The notes below the pieces were generated by a model, which was not told the origin of the DNA, did no database searches, and was given only the letters and a program-made list of their open reading frames with translations. A program made the position numbers and the translations under genes. Shown one piece after another: positions 13,378 to 24,978 of a DNA stretch of 64,000 nt; within the stretch, counting starts at the first letter, position 1, and each line of letters opens with the position of its first letter. This stretch comes from Ministeria vibrans ATCC 50519 (taxonomy: Eukaryota; Protista; Filasterea): positions 35,813 through 99,812 of the forward strand of contig CALSCP010001679.1 in assembly GCA_943704425.1 (NCBI GenBank). Direction: 5' to 3'.

Positions 13378-15614
13378 TTTCTCACCATGTTGCTTTCCCA
13401 CAGAAATTCTGGAACGTCAATGAACTTCCTAGCATTCTCAGCATGCTTAAAACCCGCACGACCACAGGCGCCGCCACTACTACGACCACAGGTGCAACAG
13501 CACCTCCACCACCGGGGTCCGCCTCCTCCTCCTCTTTCACCTTCCCCGGTGTCACTGCTGCCTATCTCTACTTTGGCACCTGGCGTTCCACCTTTGCATG
13601 GCACGTCGAGGACATGAATCTGTACAGCATCAACTACCTGCACGCTGGTCAGCCCAAGGCCTGGTACTCCGTTCCGCCGGCCTTTCAGGCGCGCTTCGAG
13701 AAGATGGCCCGCACTCTCTTTCCCGCCGACTACCAATCCTGTCACGAGTTTCTGCGCCATAAAATGTCCATCATCCCACCGCGTGTGCTCGACGAGCGTG
13801 GAATCCCGTACTTCCGTACCATCCACAATCCTGGCGAGTTTATGATCACCTTTCCGTGCGCCTATCACTCTGGTTTTAACATAGGCGTCAATGTGGCCGA
13901 GTCGGTCAACTTTGCCCTTGAGAGTTGGATTGAACATGGTCTGCGTGCTCGCATTTGTGCCTGTCGCAGCGACTCTGTGCGCATCAACATGGAGCCCTTT
14001 GTCAGGCTCTACCGTGGTATCGCCAGCGGTGGTTGTCCTGCTCCAGCGGCACTTGCTGCGCCTCCTGCTCCAGCATCATTTGCTTTTCCTCCCACGCCAG
14101 CAGCACCTGTTGTTTCTTCTGCTCATGCTGCACTCGCTCCCATTGTGGTAATGTCACACAACGACGGCGATGATGAGGAGGAGATTGTCGTGGACGCAAT
14201 TACGCCCTTGTCGTCGCCGCCCCGTGTCAACAACCTCTCTGGACCGCTTGGCACGACTTGTGTGATGACCCTGGAGGACTGTGTTCGCGAAGATGAGGAG
14301 GAGGAGAGACAGAGCATGTTGCAAGTGAAGAAGGACAAGCAAAAGAAGAGACGGGCCTCGAATGAGAAGGGGGTACCAAGGCAACCGCCGCCCAAGAAGA
14401 AAGGTCGACAGCACGAAGAGGGGCGTCTGGAGGAAGAAGAGAAGAAAGAAAAGAAGAAGAGAAGGAGAAATGGTGTGGAAGATAAAGAAGAAGGCGAAAA
14501 GGAGGAGAAGAAGAAGAAGAAGAAAGTGAAGACTGAGGAGGTGGCACCTGGAAGCGATCGTCAGAAGCTCACGGATGAAGTTATTCTGAACGATCGGAAT
14601 CTGTTGGTTGTTGCGGACTATTGCGACGCGTCCCAAGCGGAGCGCGATGCCCAGCGTGTGCTGTCCAATGATGCAGGCTTATTGTTTTCCAGCGACCTTG
14701 CTGGCAATGACGATGCGAGTCTCGAGTGGCTCTTTCGCAGACGCGCCCCATTGCGCTCGTGCAAGGTCAACGAAAAGGGCGGACCTGTCGGTGAGAGTGC
14801 TGCGTCGTTGCCTGCCTCGTCGACCAGAGCCTCAGATGCACCGTCCGTGGCGGCAGCAGCAGCATCAGCATCAGCAAAATCATCATCGACGGCTCACACA
14901 AAAGTGGCCAAGAGAAAGACACGAGAGGAGACAGCGGCCGCCGAGGCCGAAGCAATTGACGTGACCTCCAACGAGTTTGCTCATCGCCTTGTCGAGGGAA
15001 AGGCTACTTTGAAGAAGTCGCTTGTGTTTGCACGTGTCGACGAGGACAGCGGAGACATTGTGCGTAGCTTTCTTCAGTACGACATTGCGGAAAACGACTC
15101 ATTCACGACAGCCATGAAAAAAGTGCGTGCGCTGAACCGCATCGCGTCGAAGCGTCCCGACGTGTTTGCGGGACCTGTCTGTGGTGTGTGTGGCACCGAC
15201 TACTCGACACCCTGTGAGTACGATGCCAATGGCGATGTGATCAAGGAGGCGCCCACGGACCCTACGCCTACTCTCAAGTGCACCGCATGTGCCGTCGTGG
15301 TTCACCCCGAGTGCTACGGTCCCAGTGTGCTTCCATCGGGCGAGCGCTTTACACCGGTACGCGAAGAGCACTGGAAGTGCACGCGCTGCCTTGCCAACCC
15401 ATCCACTGTCACTGCGTGTGCCCTCTGTCCGTCTCCTGTTGGTGCTTTTGTGCGATCCAAACAAAAAACGTGGGTCCACGCCAGTTGTGTTGCGTCTATT
15501 CTCGAGGTATGATTTGTATACGGTGCAGAGCTCCAGCAAACCCTTCTTCTTCTTCTTTCTGCATTTTGGCGAAGACACACACTTTGTCAGCATGACTGTG
15601 ACAGNNNNNNNNNN

Positions 15615-15648
<34 letters not shown>

Positions 15649-17021
15649 CTCGTAGATTGTGTACCAGGCAGACGGGACTCCTGTTGATTTGGATTCTCTC
15701 ATTTCTGGTCGGTCCAATCTGGTGCGTGATCGAGAGAATCCGTCACAATCAATGACTTATACTGATGAATTGACTACGTAGAAATGCGTTGTGTGTCGTC
15801 GACTGGGAGTGCCGCACACCAAACTGTCTGCGTGTGTGCAGTGCACGGAAGCAAAGTGTGTTGTTCCGGTACATTTTCAGTGTGCTCTTGAAGAGAAGAA
15901 ACTGTGCATTGGAGGTAAATGCACTCGCGTATTTAGCACGCGGTAAACGTTGAATCATGCACTAATTTTCTTTTTTATATGTCTTGTGCATAGTGTCCCG
16001 TGATGAAGACGGTAGCATTCGTCACATGGAAATTCTGTGTCGGCGACACACTGAGTTGGCAGCAAAGCGTCAAGCGACTGTGAAGAAGAAGAAGAAAGTG
16101 TCGGCGGTAGAGACGAAGGGGGATGACGATGAGGGTGCAGACGCAGATGATGATGATGATGATGATGATGATACTGATGATGATGGTGAGGAGGAGGATC
16201 GTGAGGAAGTGGTGCTGGGAGCGGAGGTGTGGGCGCGTAGCTCTGCTTATCCCTCTTACTTTGCTCATGGGAAAGGTACAACATCACAGAGATATTGTAA
16301 TATATTATAATATTATAATATAATTATAATAATAATAATAATTATTATTATTATTATATTTTGTGTGTGTGTCAATATGTGTCGTGATTCAAATATGGTG
16401 TTTCTTTTGTAGTGGTTGGGTTTGGCACAATTGAAATGATGCTTGTGCGAGACAACAAGACTGGTAGGAAGAAGGAGTGTTCGCGAAGAGAGGTGATCTC
16501 TAGTCGCTATGTGGAGTGGGCGCGACGAGTTGCGAGTGGGAAGGAGCCAGTGCCAACGATGGAAGTAGAAGAAGAAGAAGACGATCGAACGCACACGCGA
16601 CTGACAGTGGGTTCGGTAATGGAGGCGTTTTTTGAGTCGCATGGTGGCGATGTGTTTGGTGTAGGCGACTCTGTCTATAAGCTGTAAGAATTCATATGCA
16701 ATTGTATGTGCGCGTCTATAATAATAATAATTATAATTGAAAAATTTTTATTAATAATAATTATTATTATGATTGTGTTGTAATAAACTACTATATTGGG
16801 TGTTTGGGACACTAACACAATCTCTCCCCCCTCTTTTTTTTTGTAGGCGGCACTGGACTGCTTCGACTGAGGGCACTGTTGTCTCGACGCGTTCTGTTCC
16901 TGCCGTTCTTGTACAGTTTGAACACGACAGTCAGCCCGACCAAGTGCCCCTGAGTGGCGTGTACACTGTGAATGATGCTGCCACACGTGTTCCCGCGATC
17001 AAGCGCGTTCATTTCGAGTAA
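12083..17021 (+). CDS. KDM4: KDM4/JMJD2-family histone lysine demethylase (JmjN, JmjC, PHD, ePHD, probable Tudor pair), multi-exon; start codon uncertain
   Basis: JmjN VPTFYPTHEEFLDF...GMAKVVPPAGW; JmjC YLYFGTWRSTFAWHVEDMNLYSINYLH...YHSGFN with intact HxE...H triad; PHD CTAC..VHPECYG..WKCTRC; CALC..WVHASC; Tudor-like C-terminal exons. Confidence 0.92.
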
Positions 17022-17120
17022 CACAAAATTAATAATTATTATAATAATAAAGACGTATTGTAAAAAGTATTATCAAAAATGTTCAATATCTGGTGCAAGT
17101 GTGTGATGCACTCCAGCAAG

Positions 17121-20100
17121 CTATGCCTTCTTGGAGAGACGTTCGAGTCGGGCTTTCTCGAGGAGCGCTCTTTTCTCCAGGGCCTTGGCCTGTTTGGCCT
17201 CCAAACGACGTTCTGCCTGGCGCGACTGCTCCTCCAATTCCTCGAGAATAGCATCGCGATAGGCATCAAAGCCTTCTTCAAACTCAACGACGTCATTGTC
17301 GCCCACCACCCACAGGACCGAGTCAGTCTCCTGAATCAGACGTGCGTCGTGTGTCACTGTGATCACGCCCCCTTCAAACGAATTGATACCCTCAATCAGC
17401 GCATTGATCGATTCCATATCTATGATATTTTTCGATAGAGAAAGAGAGAGAGAGAATGAGACAACCTTTTTGGAATGCAAACAAGAAACAGGAATCACTG
17501 CATACCTAAATGATTTGTGGGCTCATCAAAAATGAGAATGTGAGGCTTAAGAAAACTCAAATGGGTAAAAACGACGCGGGACTTTTGGCCGCCACTGAGG
17601 TCACGGATAGGAATGGTGTGAGCGGGGCCGTCAAGACCAAATTTGCCCAGGCGCTGACGGGCGTCCTGGTACGTGCAGCCGTTTTGCTCGTGTTCGCGCT
17701 CAAGGTACTATTCGGGGCAATTGGATGAGAGAGTGAACAGAGAGTGTGTGTGACAGAGTAGTAGAGTCCAGAGAGAAAGAGAAAGGAAAAAAGAAACAAA
17801 GTGACAAAGACAAAAAGAGAAAGATTCACAATATATATAATAAATATAAATTTACAATAATTATACAATATTTTGAGAGTGGACACTGGCGAAAGAGTTA
17901 CCTGAACTGGGGACACGTCCATGTCAAGCTGGTCTACAAAGTGCTGGTTGTAGCGGCCCAGACGCAGTTTGCGGTTCATACGCACTTCGCCCTTGGTGGG
18001 TTCCAGAGTGCGGCACACCAGATCAAGAAGAGTCGATTTGCCCACACCTGGAAAATGACAAAAAAAAAAGGTATTATTTTAGGTTATGAGGGGGTTTTGT
18101 GTCTTGTTTTATCGTGTGTGGTTTGTAGGGTATATGCTCCTACCGTTAGGACCGACAATGGTAATGCGCGAGTCAAGATCAAGACCAAAGTTGACCTGAT
18201 TGAACAGCATGGGACGACCCTCATAATGAAAGTCAACATCAAGAACCTAAAAAAGCACACATGAACACAAGTTAGAGGACGCTATTGTGAGTGAGTGTAC
18301 GTGTATGTATATTACCTCAATGATTGGTGGAGGAAGCGGAGGCGGAGACTCAAAGAAGAACTTAACAACGTACTCCTTGCGACGCTGCAGCAGCTCTGTC
18401 TTGGTGTCTGAGCTTTCCTGCACCGACTCACCCTTGCCCTTCTTGCCCTTTTCCTTCTTGGCCCCACCAGCACGCGCCTAGAGAGAGGGAGAAAGGAGAG
18501 AAAAATGAGAGAGAAAGGAGAGAGAAAAAAAAAGTGATAGAGTGAGAGGAGAGAAGGAGAAAAAAAACAAGCAAAAAGATGATAGAGAAAGCAGAGGGGT
18601 GTCAAAGAAGAGTGTGCACAAGAATATGGGCCGATTGTGTGAGAGTGAAAGCGACTGAGCAAAATTAACATGTAAGAAAATTGACGTACCTCCCGTTGCT
18701 TGAGTAACTTTGCGTCCGCCTGTGACTTGCTCGCTCCTCCCTGCTTCAGTGCTCGCCGGGCCTTCTCTTGCTTCTCAAAGGATTTGTCAAACTCGCGCAC
18801 TTTCTATCACAGTCCGAAGAAGAGTGAGTCAGTGACTGCAATGACCATGATTGAAAAGAAAAGAAAAAGAAACCTGTTTGTGCATCTTCATGAAATCGTC
18901 AAAGTTGCCCTTGTACGCAACCACCTTCTTGCTTTCAAGGTGAAGCACGTCGGTGCAGACGCTGTTGAGGAAGTCCTGGTCGTGCGAGACGACAAGAAGA
19001 ATCTTCTTCCACTTCTGCAGGTAGTTGTCCAGCCAGATGACGGCGTTGAGGTCAAGATGATTCGTCGGCTACGAGAGAGTGGTCGAGTGAGTAAGACTGA
19101 GTGACGAGTGTCGCTAAAATTATAAATTATTATTATTATTATGGTTATTATTATGGTTATTATTGTTATTATTGTTATTATTGTTATTATTATTATTATT
19201 CTCATTATACCTCATCGAGAAGCAAAAGAGACGGCTCAATAAAAAGAGCACGGGCCAATGAGACACGCATGCGCCAGCCACCTGAGAATGACGACGTCAC
19301 ACGCTCCTGAGCTGCCTCATCGAACCCAAGACCAAACAGAATGCGCCTGTACGAAAACAAAGAATAAGTGTTCAAACTTCTGACTTCCTGTCACACACAT
19401 ACACACTAATTCTCTCTGTCTCTGCATGCGATTGGGTTGAATGTGTACCTGGCACGGGGCTCAGCACTCTCTGCGCCAATAAGAGCCAGTTCCTCGTAGA
19501 TGGCCTGCAGACGGTCGTCCATGTCGCCCGTGATGCGCTCGGGACTCTTCTCCATCAGTTGTGTGAGCTCTTTCTCCTCTGCAAGCAGTGACGCACGCTT
19601 GGCGTCTGCTGCGAGAACCGCCTCAATGACAGACATGTCAGTGGCGGCAAACTCTTGTTCGACAAGAAGACAGTCGAGATTGGATGGGATGGCAAGTGAG
19701 CGATTTGCAAGTTGCTTGAGCAGAGTCGTCTTTCCCTTGCCGTTGGGCCCCACCAGACCGTAGCGGCGCCCTTGCACAATGGTCAGCGACGCATTCACAA
19801 ACAGCTCACGACCTCCCGCCGAAATGCTAAAGTTCTCAATGCGCACAATGCTCGTGTCGAGATTCTCATTGGCGGCCGAGCTGAGCTGCTGCGTGACTGA
19901 AAACTGCGCGCCGTCCTGCGATGCCTTGAGCATGGCAGCCTCGCGGTCCTCACGCTCACGGTCCTCCTTGAGTTTGCGTCGCTGCTTGTTCGTGAGGCGT
20001 GGTGCACTCGAAGTCGTGCTGGTCGCAGTTGTTGTGTTAGAGCTAGGACCAGCAACGTCGTCGTCGTCATCATCATCATTCTCATTCACGTCCGCCTGGC

Positions 20101-20825
20101 CTTCCTCCTTCACTTTAACAACCTCCTTTGCTTTGTCCTCCTTCACTTCGACTGTCTTTTCCTCCTCCTCCGCCACAGGCGTCTTTTCCTCCTCCTCTAC
20201 CACAGGAGCCTTTTCCTCCTTAACCTCCTCGTCAAGCACATCCGTGCCCAGCTTCTTCTGCTTTCTCTTCTCCTTCTTCGACAGTGTCTGTGCTGCCTTT
20301 TCCTCCTCCTCTCCCTCCTCCTCCTCTTGCGACTGCTCACCTGCCAAAGCCGATGCTGCCGCCGCCGCCGCAGCAGCAGCAGCAGCAGCCTCCTTCTCTT
20401 CGGCCTCCTTCTGCGCAGCCTCCTCCTCGTCGCTAAGGTCATCAATGTCGAATGCCTTCTTCTTGCGCTTCTCCTTCTTCGACGCCTTGCCGCCACCGCT
20501 GGCCGACGCGGCGTTCGCCTTGGCAGCCTCTTCGGCCTCCAGCTCCTTCTTCATGGCCTCAATCGGGTCGAGCACGTCGTCGTCGTCGTCGTCGTCGTCG
20601 TCAGCGCCCGCACTGCGCTTGCCCTTCTTTTTCTTGCCGCCCTTTTTCGATGATCGACCCGACGCCGTCGACGACGCCACAGTCGACGTGCTTCGCGCGT
20701 CATCCCCGTCGTCGCCATCCTCCGCCCCCTCCTCCTCGCCATCGTCGTCGCTGTCGCCTCCGCGCTTGTTCTTGCGCCGGTCCTTCTTCGACACGCGGCC
20801 ACCCGACGATTTCGCAACGCCCTGC

Positions 20826-20857
<32 letters not shown>

Positions 20858-21076
20858 GCGCTTGCCCTTGGACGTCTCCGCCGCGCCCATCTCGTTGTCG
20901 TCGTCGTCGCTGCTGTCGTCTCCGCCCCGACGCCCCTTGCGCTTCCCTTTGCCCGTCCCCTTACGCGTCCCCACACTGTCTCCCTCGCCCCCACCCGCCG
21001 CTCCCTTCTTCTTGCGCACCGCCGCAGCCGGCGCCACGTTGTCGTCGTCGTTTCGTTGGGCTTTACCACGAGCCAT
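17121..21076 (-). CDS. ABCF1: ABC-F family protein 1 (ABC50), multi-exon
   Basis: Long K/E/D-rich N-terminus, [46 protein letters not shown], second Walker [16 protein letters not shown]. Confidence 0.93.
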
Positions 21077-21242
21077 TGTAGTGCGAAATTTAATAATGAA
21101 TGATGAAATGAGTCAAATGACAGAATTACAGAAACGTGAATGTGGTGTGAGTAGAAATATTTTTTCAAACTTGATAATCAATTATTACAGATAAATCACT
21201 TGAATTCACTTCAGAGTTGTTTCGTTCATCTTTATCGTAATC

Positions 21243-21785
21243 ATGGAATTCCTTGTTCAATTTTGTGCCAACTGAGACGGTGGCCAGCAGGCAAGCTACT
21301 GTGTGTGTGGTGGTGGTGGGGAAGAGTGTCTTATTCAAGATCGTCGCTATAATAATATAATTATTATATGGTGCCATGTCGTATTCTGATTGATTTGCGC
21401 CACTCTGAGCCTCTCTCTCGCACGCCCACGCCATTATGTGGCCCCACTGCAAGCCCTTGGTCGCGTGCGCTGTGGCCGTTTGCTAATGAATATGCGCAGG
21501 AAGCGGACGCCGCAACGGATGCCATCCTGCAGGCCAAGCCGGACGCTGTGGTGAAGACGAAGCGAGTCAACGAATACCCGATCATGGTTAAGATCACAAC
21601 GGGCCGAAAGACCGTGTGGGAGGGGTACCCATATGCAAATCACATTTTTGACTTCAAAAACATTCTTATTTTTTTATTCACTCTTCTCTTCTCTTTCTTC
21701 CTTCTTCAGATCTCAAAAAGATCTGTTCCGAAAGAATGGTCACAGAGCCAAACCTGTGATCACGGCGGCTGTCAAGGCCCTGTAG
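21243..21785 (+). CDS. Small Rdx/SelW-like selenoprotein (CxxU), ~82 aa; exons 21243-21290, 21500-21624, 21710-21785
   Basis: MEFLVQFCAN-U(TGA 21273-21275)-DGGQQEADAATDAILQAKPDAVVKTKRVNEYPIMVKITTGRKTVWEGSQKDLFRKNGHRAKPVITAAVKAL. The beta-strand-CxxU start is typical of the Rdx family. CTAAT branch site precedes the acceptor at 21499, and a SECIS lies downstream. Confidence 0.82.
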
Positions 21786-21835
21786 ATCCCTTTCTCTCTG
21801 GATCGCCCGGTGTTATTCTCCCTATCTCTTTATGT

Positions 21836-21900
21836 GTATCTGTGTGACTCTGCCCTTGAAAGAAACCTCTTCGTGAGGCCTTTGCGGCGGATGATGATGC
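21836..21900 (+). promoter_or_regulatory. Eukaryotic SECIS element (type II, GUGA core variant)
   Basis: Helix I GTATC/GATGC; core GTGAC (21844-48) / TGAT (21892-95); helix II TCTGCC/GGCGGA plus AAAG/CTTT; unpaired AAA (21863-65); apical mini-stem CCTC/GAGG. Lies ~50 nt after the stop of a UGA-containing ORF. Confidence 0.82.
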
Positions 21901-21962
21901 TATTGTAATTGCTGATAAACAAAAGAGGTGATAATATCATTGTGGTAAAAATAAATATACAG

Positions 21963-22655
21963 TTAAAGGAGACGACGACGGTCGCTGTCATCGTCGTCCA
22001 AGTCGATTTCATCCAACTCCAGATCGCCCAGCGCCATTGTGATATCCACACTCTCATTCTCAAGCGACTCCTCATGACGCACCGCACGACTGCGACTCGA
22101 TGATGATGCGACAGCAGCAGCAGCAGCAGCTTTGCTTCGTGGATGGTGTTCTCCCTTGAATACGTCCCGCCCACCATCAATGTCGTCGCCCAGCGCATTC
22201 AGGCGTTCCCACTTGCGCCTTCCCACGCCCAAGCGCGCCTTCTCGCGTCGCAGTGAGTTGCGGTGACGACGCAGCGGCACATCCACCACCCCATCAAGCA
22301 TCACTTCACCCACACTAGTGCCATCCGCAGTCATTCCCCTCTTGCACAGCCAACACGCGTCCGTCACATCCTCAAGAGACCCTTCAGCTGCAGCAGGTTC
22401 ATCCCCACTCTTGCGCGTCGCACTAGAGCGCACCTCTTCCTCCTTCTCAACGGCCTTCAGCATCACTGTCGTGCGATAGGGCACTGCACCCGTCAGCAGC
22501 GGAGCCTCCATTTTGTTCACCAAACACACAATCCTCCACGACACTCCGCGACTAAAAAAAAATCCTCAACAAGAATAAAATTAATAAGTCTGCAAGTGCG
22601 TGTGCTTGGTGTGTATGTATGTATGTATGTATGTATGTATGTATGTATGTATGTA

Positions 22656-22714
<59 letters not shown>

Positions 22715-24760
22715 TGGTGGTGGTGGTGGTGGTGACACTGGACTGCATCATTTCTGACCGTGGTTGTGTTTCAGGCAGTGTCTCAAGCATCACACGCACT
22801 TTCTCATGCACAATTCCCTGAAGCTCGACCAGTTTTCGTTCAGATCGTCTAAACCAAACCAATCAGTCTCAGTACAACACTATGATTAAGACGCAAAAAT
22901 GAATGTACGTTCTGTAGGCCGCGAGAATAGGCAGACAAAGACAGCAGGTAAGGCACGAGAAGCCAAGGAGACACGACTCAATCTTCCACCGTCTTGATTG
23001 CGCTTTTGACATTAGTGCAAACGGTTCGTTCATTCGTCGTACCTACAAAAACAACAACAGCGCCACACACTCAAACTTTAGGGTTTTTGTTCTTCTCTCG
23101 TTGACTGCTGCCTGAATCTCTCTCTCTATCCCTTTTTTTCTTTCTCTCAACGTTGTTCTCTCCGTCTCTTCTTTTTCTTCTTGAAACTCTTTATCACTCC
23201 TGCTCTCTTCTGCTACGTCTTTTTTTTCTTGTTTTTAGCGTACCGCAGAGCAAAAGTCGGCGGGTGAAATGCGGTTGTCAAGGTCAACATGAAAGTTGTC
23301 GTAGAAGAGCTCTTCAAGGCAGAGATTGAGAGTGCGGATGGCACGGGTGGGCTGGGAGGATAACGGAGTGGTGCGAACAAGACGTAGGCAGACGGAGGAA
23401 CAGGCGGAGCAGAGACGTGCGGGCGGGGAGGGAGTGGGTGGAGGAGAGAGGGGCGGAGGTGGTTGGCACGGAAGCATGTGCCAGCGCAAGGAGGCGCTGG
23501 TGGCGGGAGTGGTAGTGGGCTCAAGGGCAAGCGAGAGGATCCCATAGTCACCGGCAAGCACAAGAACATTGTCTTGCGCAATGCAGTACCACAAACGCCC
23601 AAGATTGCCAAAGTTGTAGTTGCCCAACACAAGTGCATGGTCGCGTTCGCTCACTTGTGTGTCTGGGTGACGGCCTGTGCGATTGAGTTTGTGCAAACTG
23701 AGAATGCGCAGTGCTCCTGTGCGACTGCAACACACGACAAGCGCTTCACTGTCGGGCAGATACAGTCCGTGGGAGATCTGAAGAATAAACAGAACGGTTT
23801 GTATCCATTCGCACTGCAATCTAATCTTGTTTTTTTCTTACTTCGCCAATGTCCGATTGAAGGAAACACACGCGCTTGAACTGTTGCAGCCCGTCCCACA
23901 CGCGAACGTTGCCATTGTCATCGCCAGTAATAAGCCACAAATGACTGCCGGTGTCGACAAACTCACACCACGAGCACATGTTGGCGTGTCCGAGACGCAG
24001 CGGTGGGATGTTGGTGCGATCGTCAATGTCGAAGACGGTACAATCACGCGAGAGTGACGCAACGCAGATGTATCGACCATTGTCGCGAGGGCTCACCGTC
24101 ACATACATGCAGTAGTGCTGACACATAAAGTAGCGCTCCTTTTTCCACTGCAACGCCAAATGGTGTGTGTGGGTAAGCAGATAGTGCGTCTAATGAACTG
24201 TCTTTACCTCTCCGTCCACACTCCCAGACGTCAATCGCCACATGACGACTGTCTGATCATCGCTTGTGGTAAATACAATGTCGGGGCGCGAAGGATGCAT
24301 CCGAATGCAGCGGATGTAGTCGAGATGGGCTGAGACAACAATTCATTAGTTGGCAGTAAATCACAAGTTTGAGTACCTTTGAATGAGTGAACCACAGCAA
24401 GATCCTCGCTGTCCAACACGTACACCGTATACTTGTCGTTTCCAACGAGAATCCGATCGGCTGAAGCGATGCAGACTGCAGAAGGAAAGAAGTCGGTAAG
24501 TTACCAAACGTGCACAAAAAACAAACGAAGAAATTTTCCAAACAGCTCAAGTTCACAATTTCACCTGTTCGAATGGGCACACTGTCAACTTTGGTTCGCA
24601 TGGCAATCACCCGGCCAACAAGGTCGTACACAGCGACGCTTCCATCATACAGAGTGACCAGAATTTTCTCGCCGCACGGAAAGAAGGCAAGACTCTTGAC
24701 ACGCGTCGAGTATTCAACCCAGTGGCGCCGCAGCGTCCACGGCACAAGATTGTCGTCCAT
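21963..24760 (-). CDS. Divergent beta'-COP-like WD40 protein with C-terminal Erf4/GOLGA7-like Cys-rich domain, multi-exon
   Basis: STRVKSLAFFP..ILVTLYDGSV, VPIRT, AHLDYIRCIRMHPSRP and LITGDDNGNVRVWD parallel the COPB2 N-terminal propeller. Later FHVDLDNRISPADFCSAVRRMNE...ESCLLGFSCLTCCLCLP...RGVSW resembles Erf4. Confidence 0.65.
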
Positions 24761-24978
24761 TAAATGAAAAGAAAAGGATCACAAGTAGAAAACGTTCACA
24801 AAAGAAGTAATAATTATTAAAACTGAATAATGAATAAATTCAATATAGAGTAATAAATACAATGCTTCCGCCATAAGCGATTGACTAAGGCCACAAAGAT
24901 GAAGTGTTCTGAAATATGGATCATGGTGTATGTTATTATTGATAGATTATTTACAGAAACGATATAATTTTTCTCGAC

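Noticed and set aside
19779-21194. Long plus-strand 471-aa ORF (likewise 56750-58096 + and 62954-63994 -)
   Set aside because: Antisense shadows of GC-rich, low-complexity coding exons (ABCF1, GCC2, caspase-like gene), with no independent motifs.
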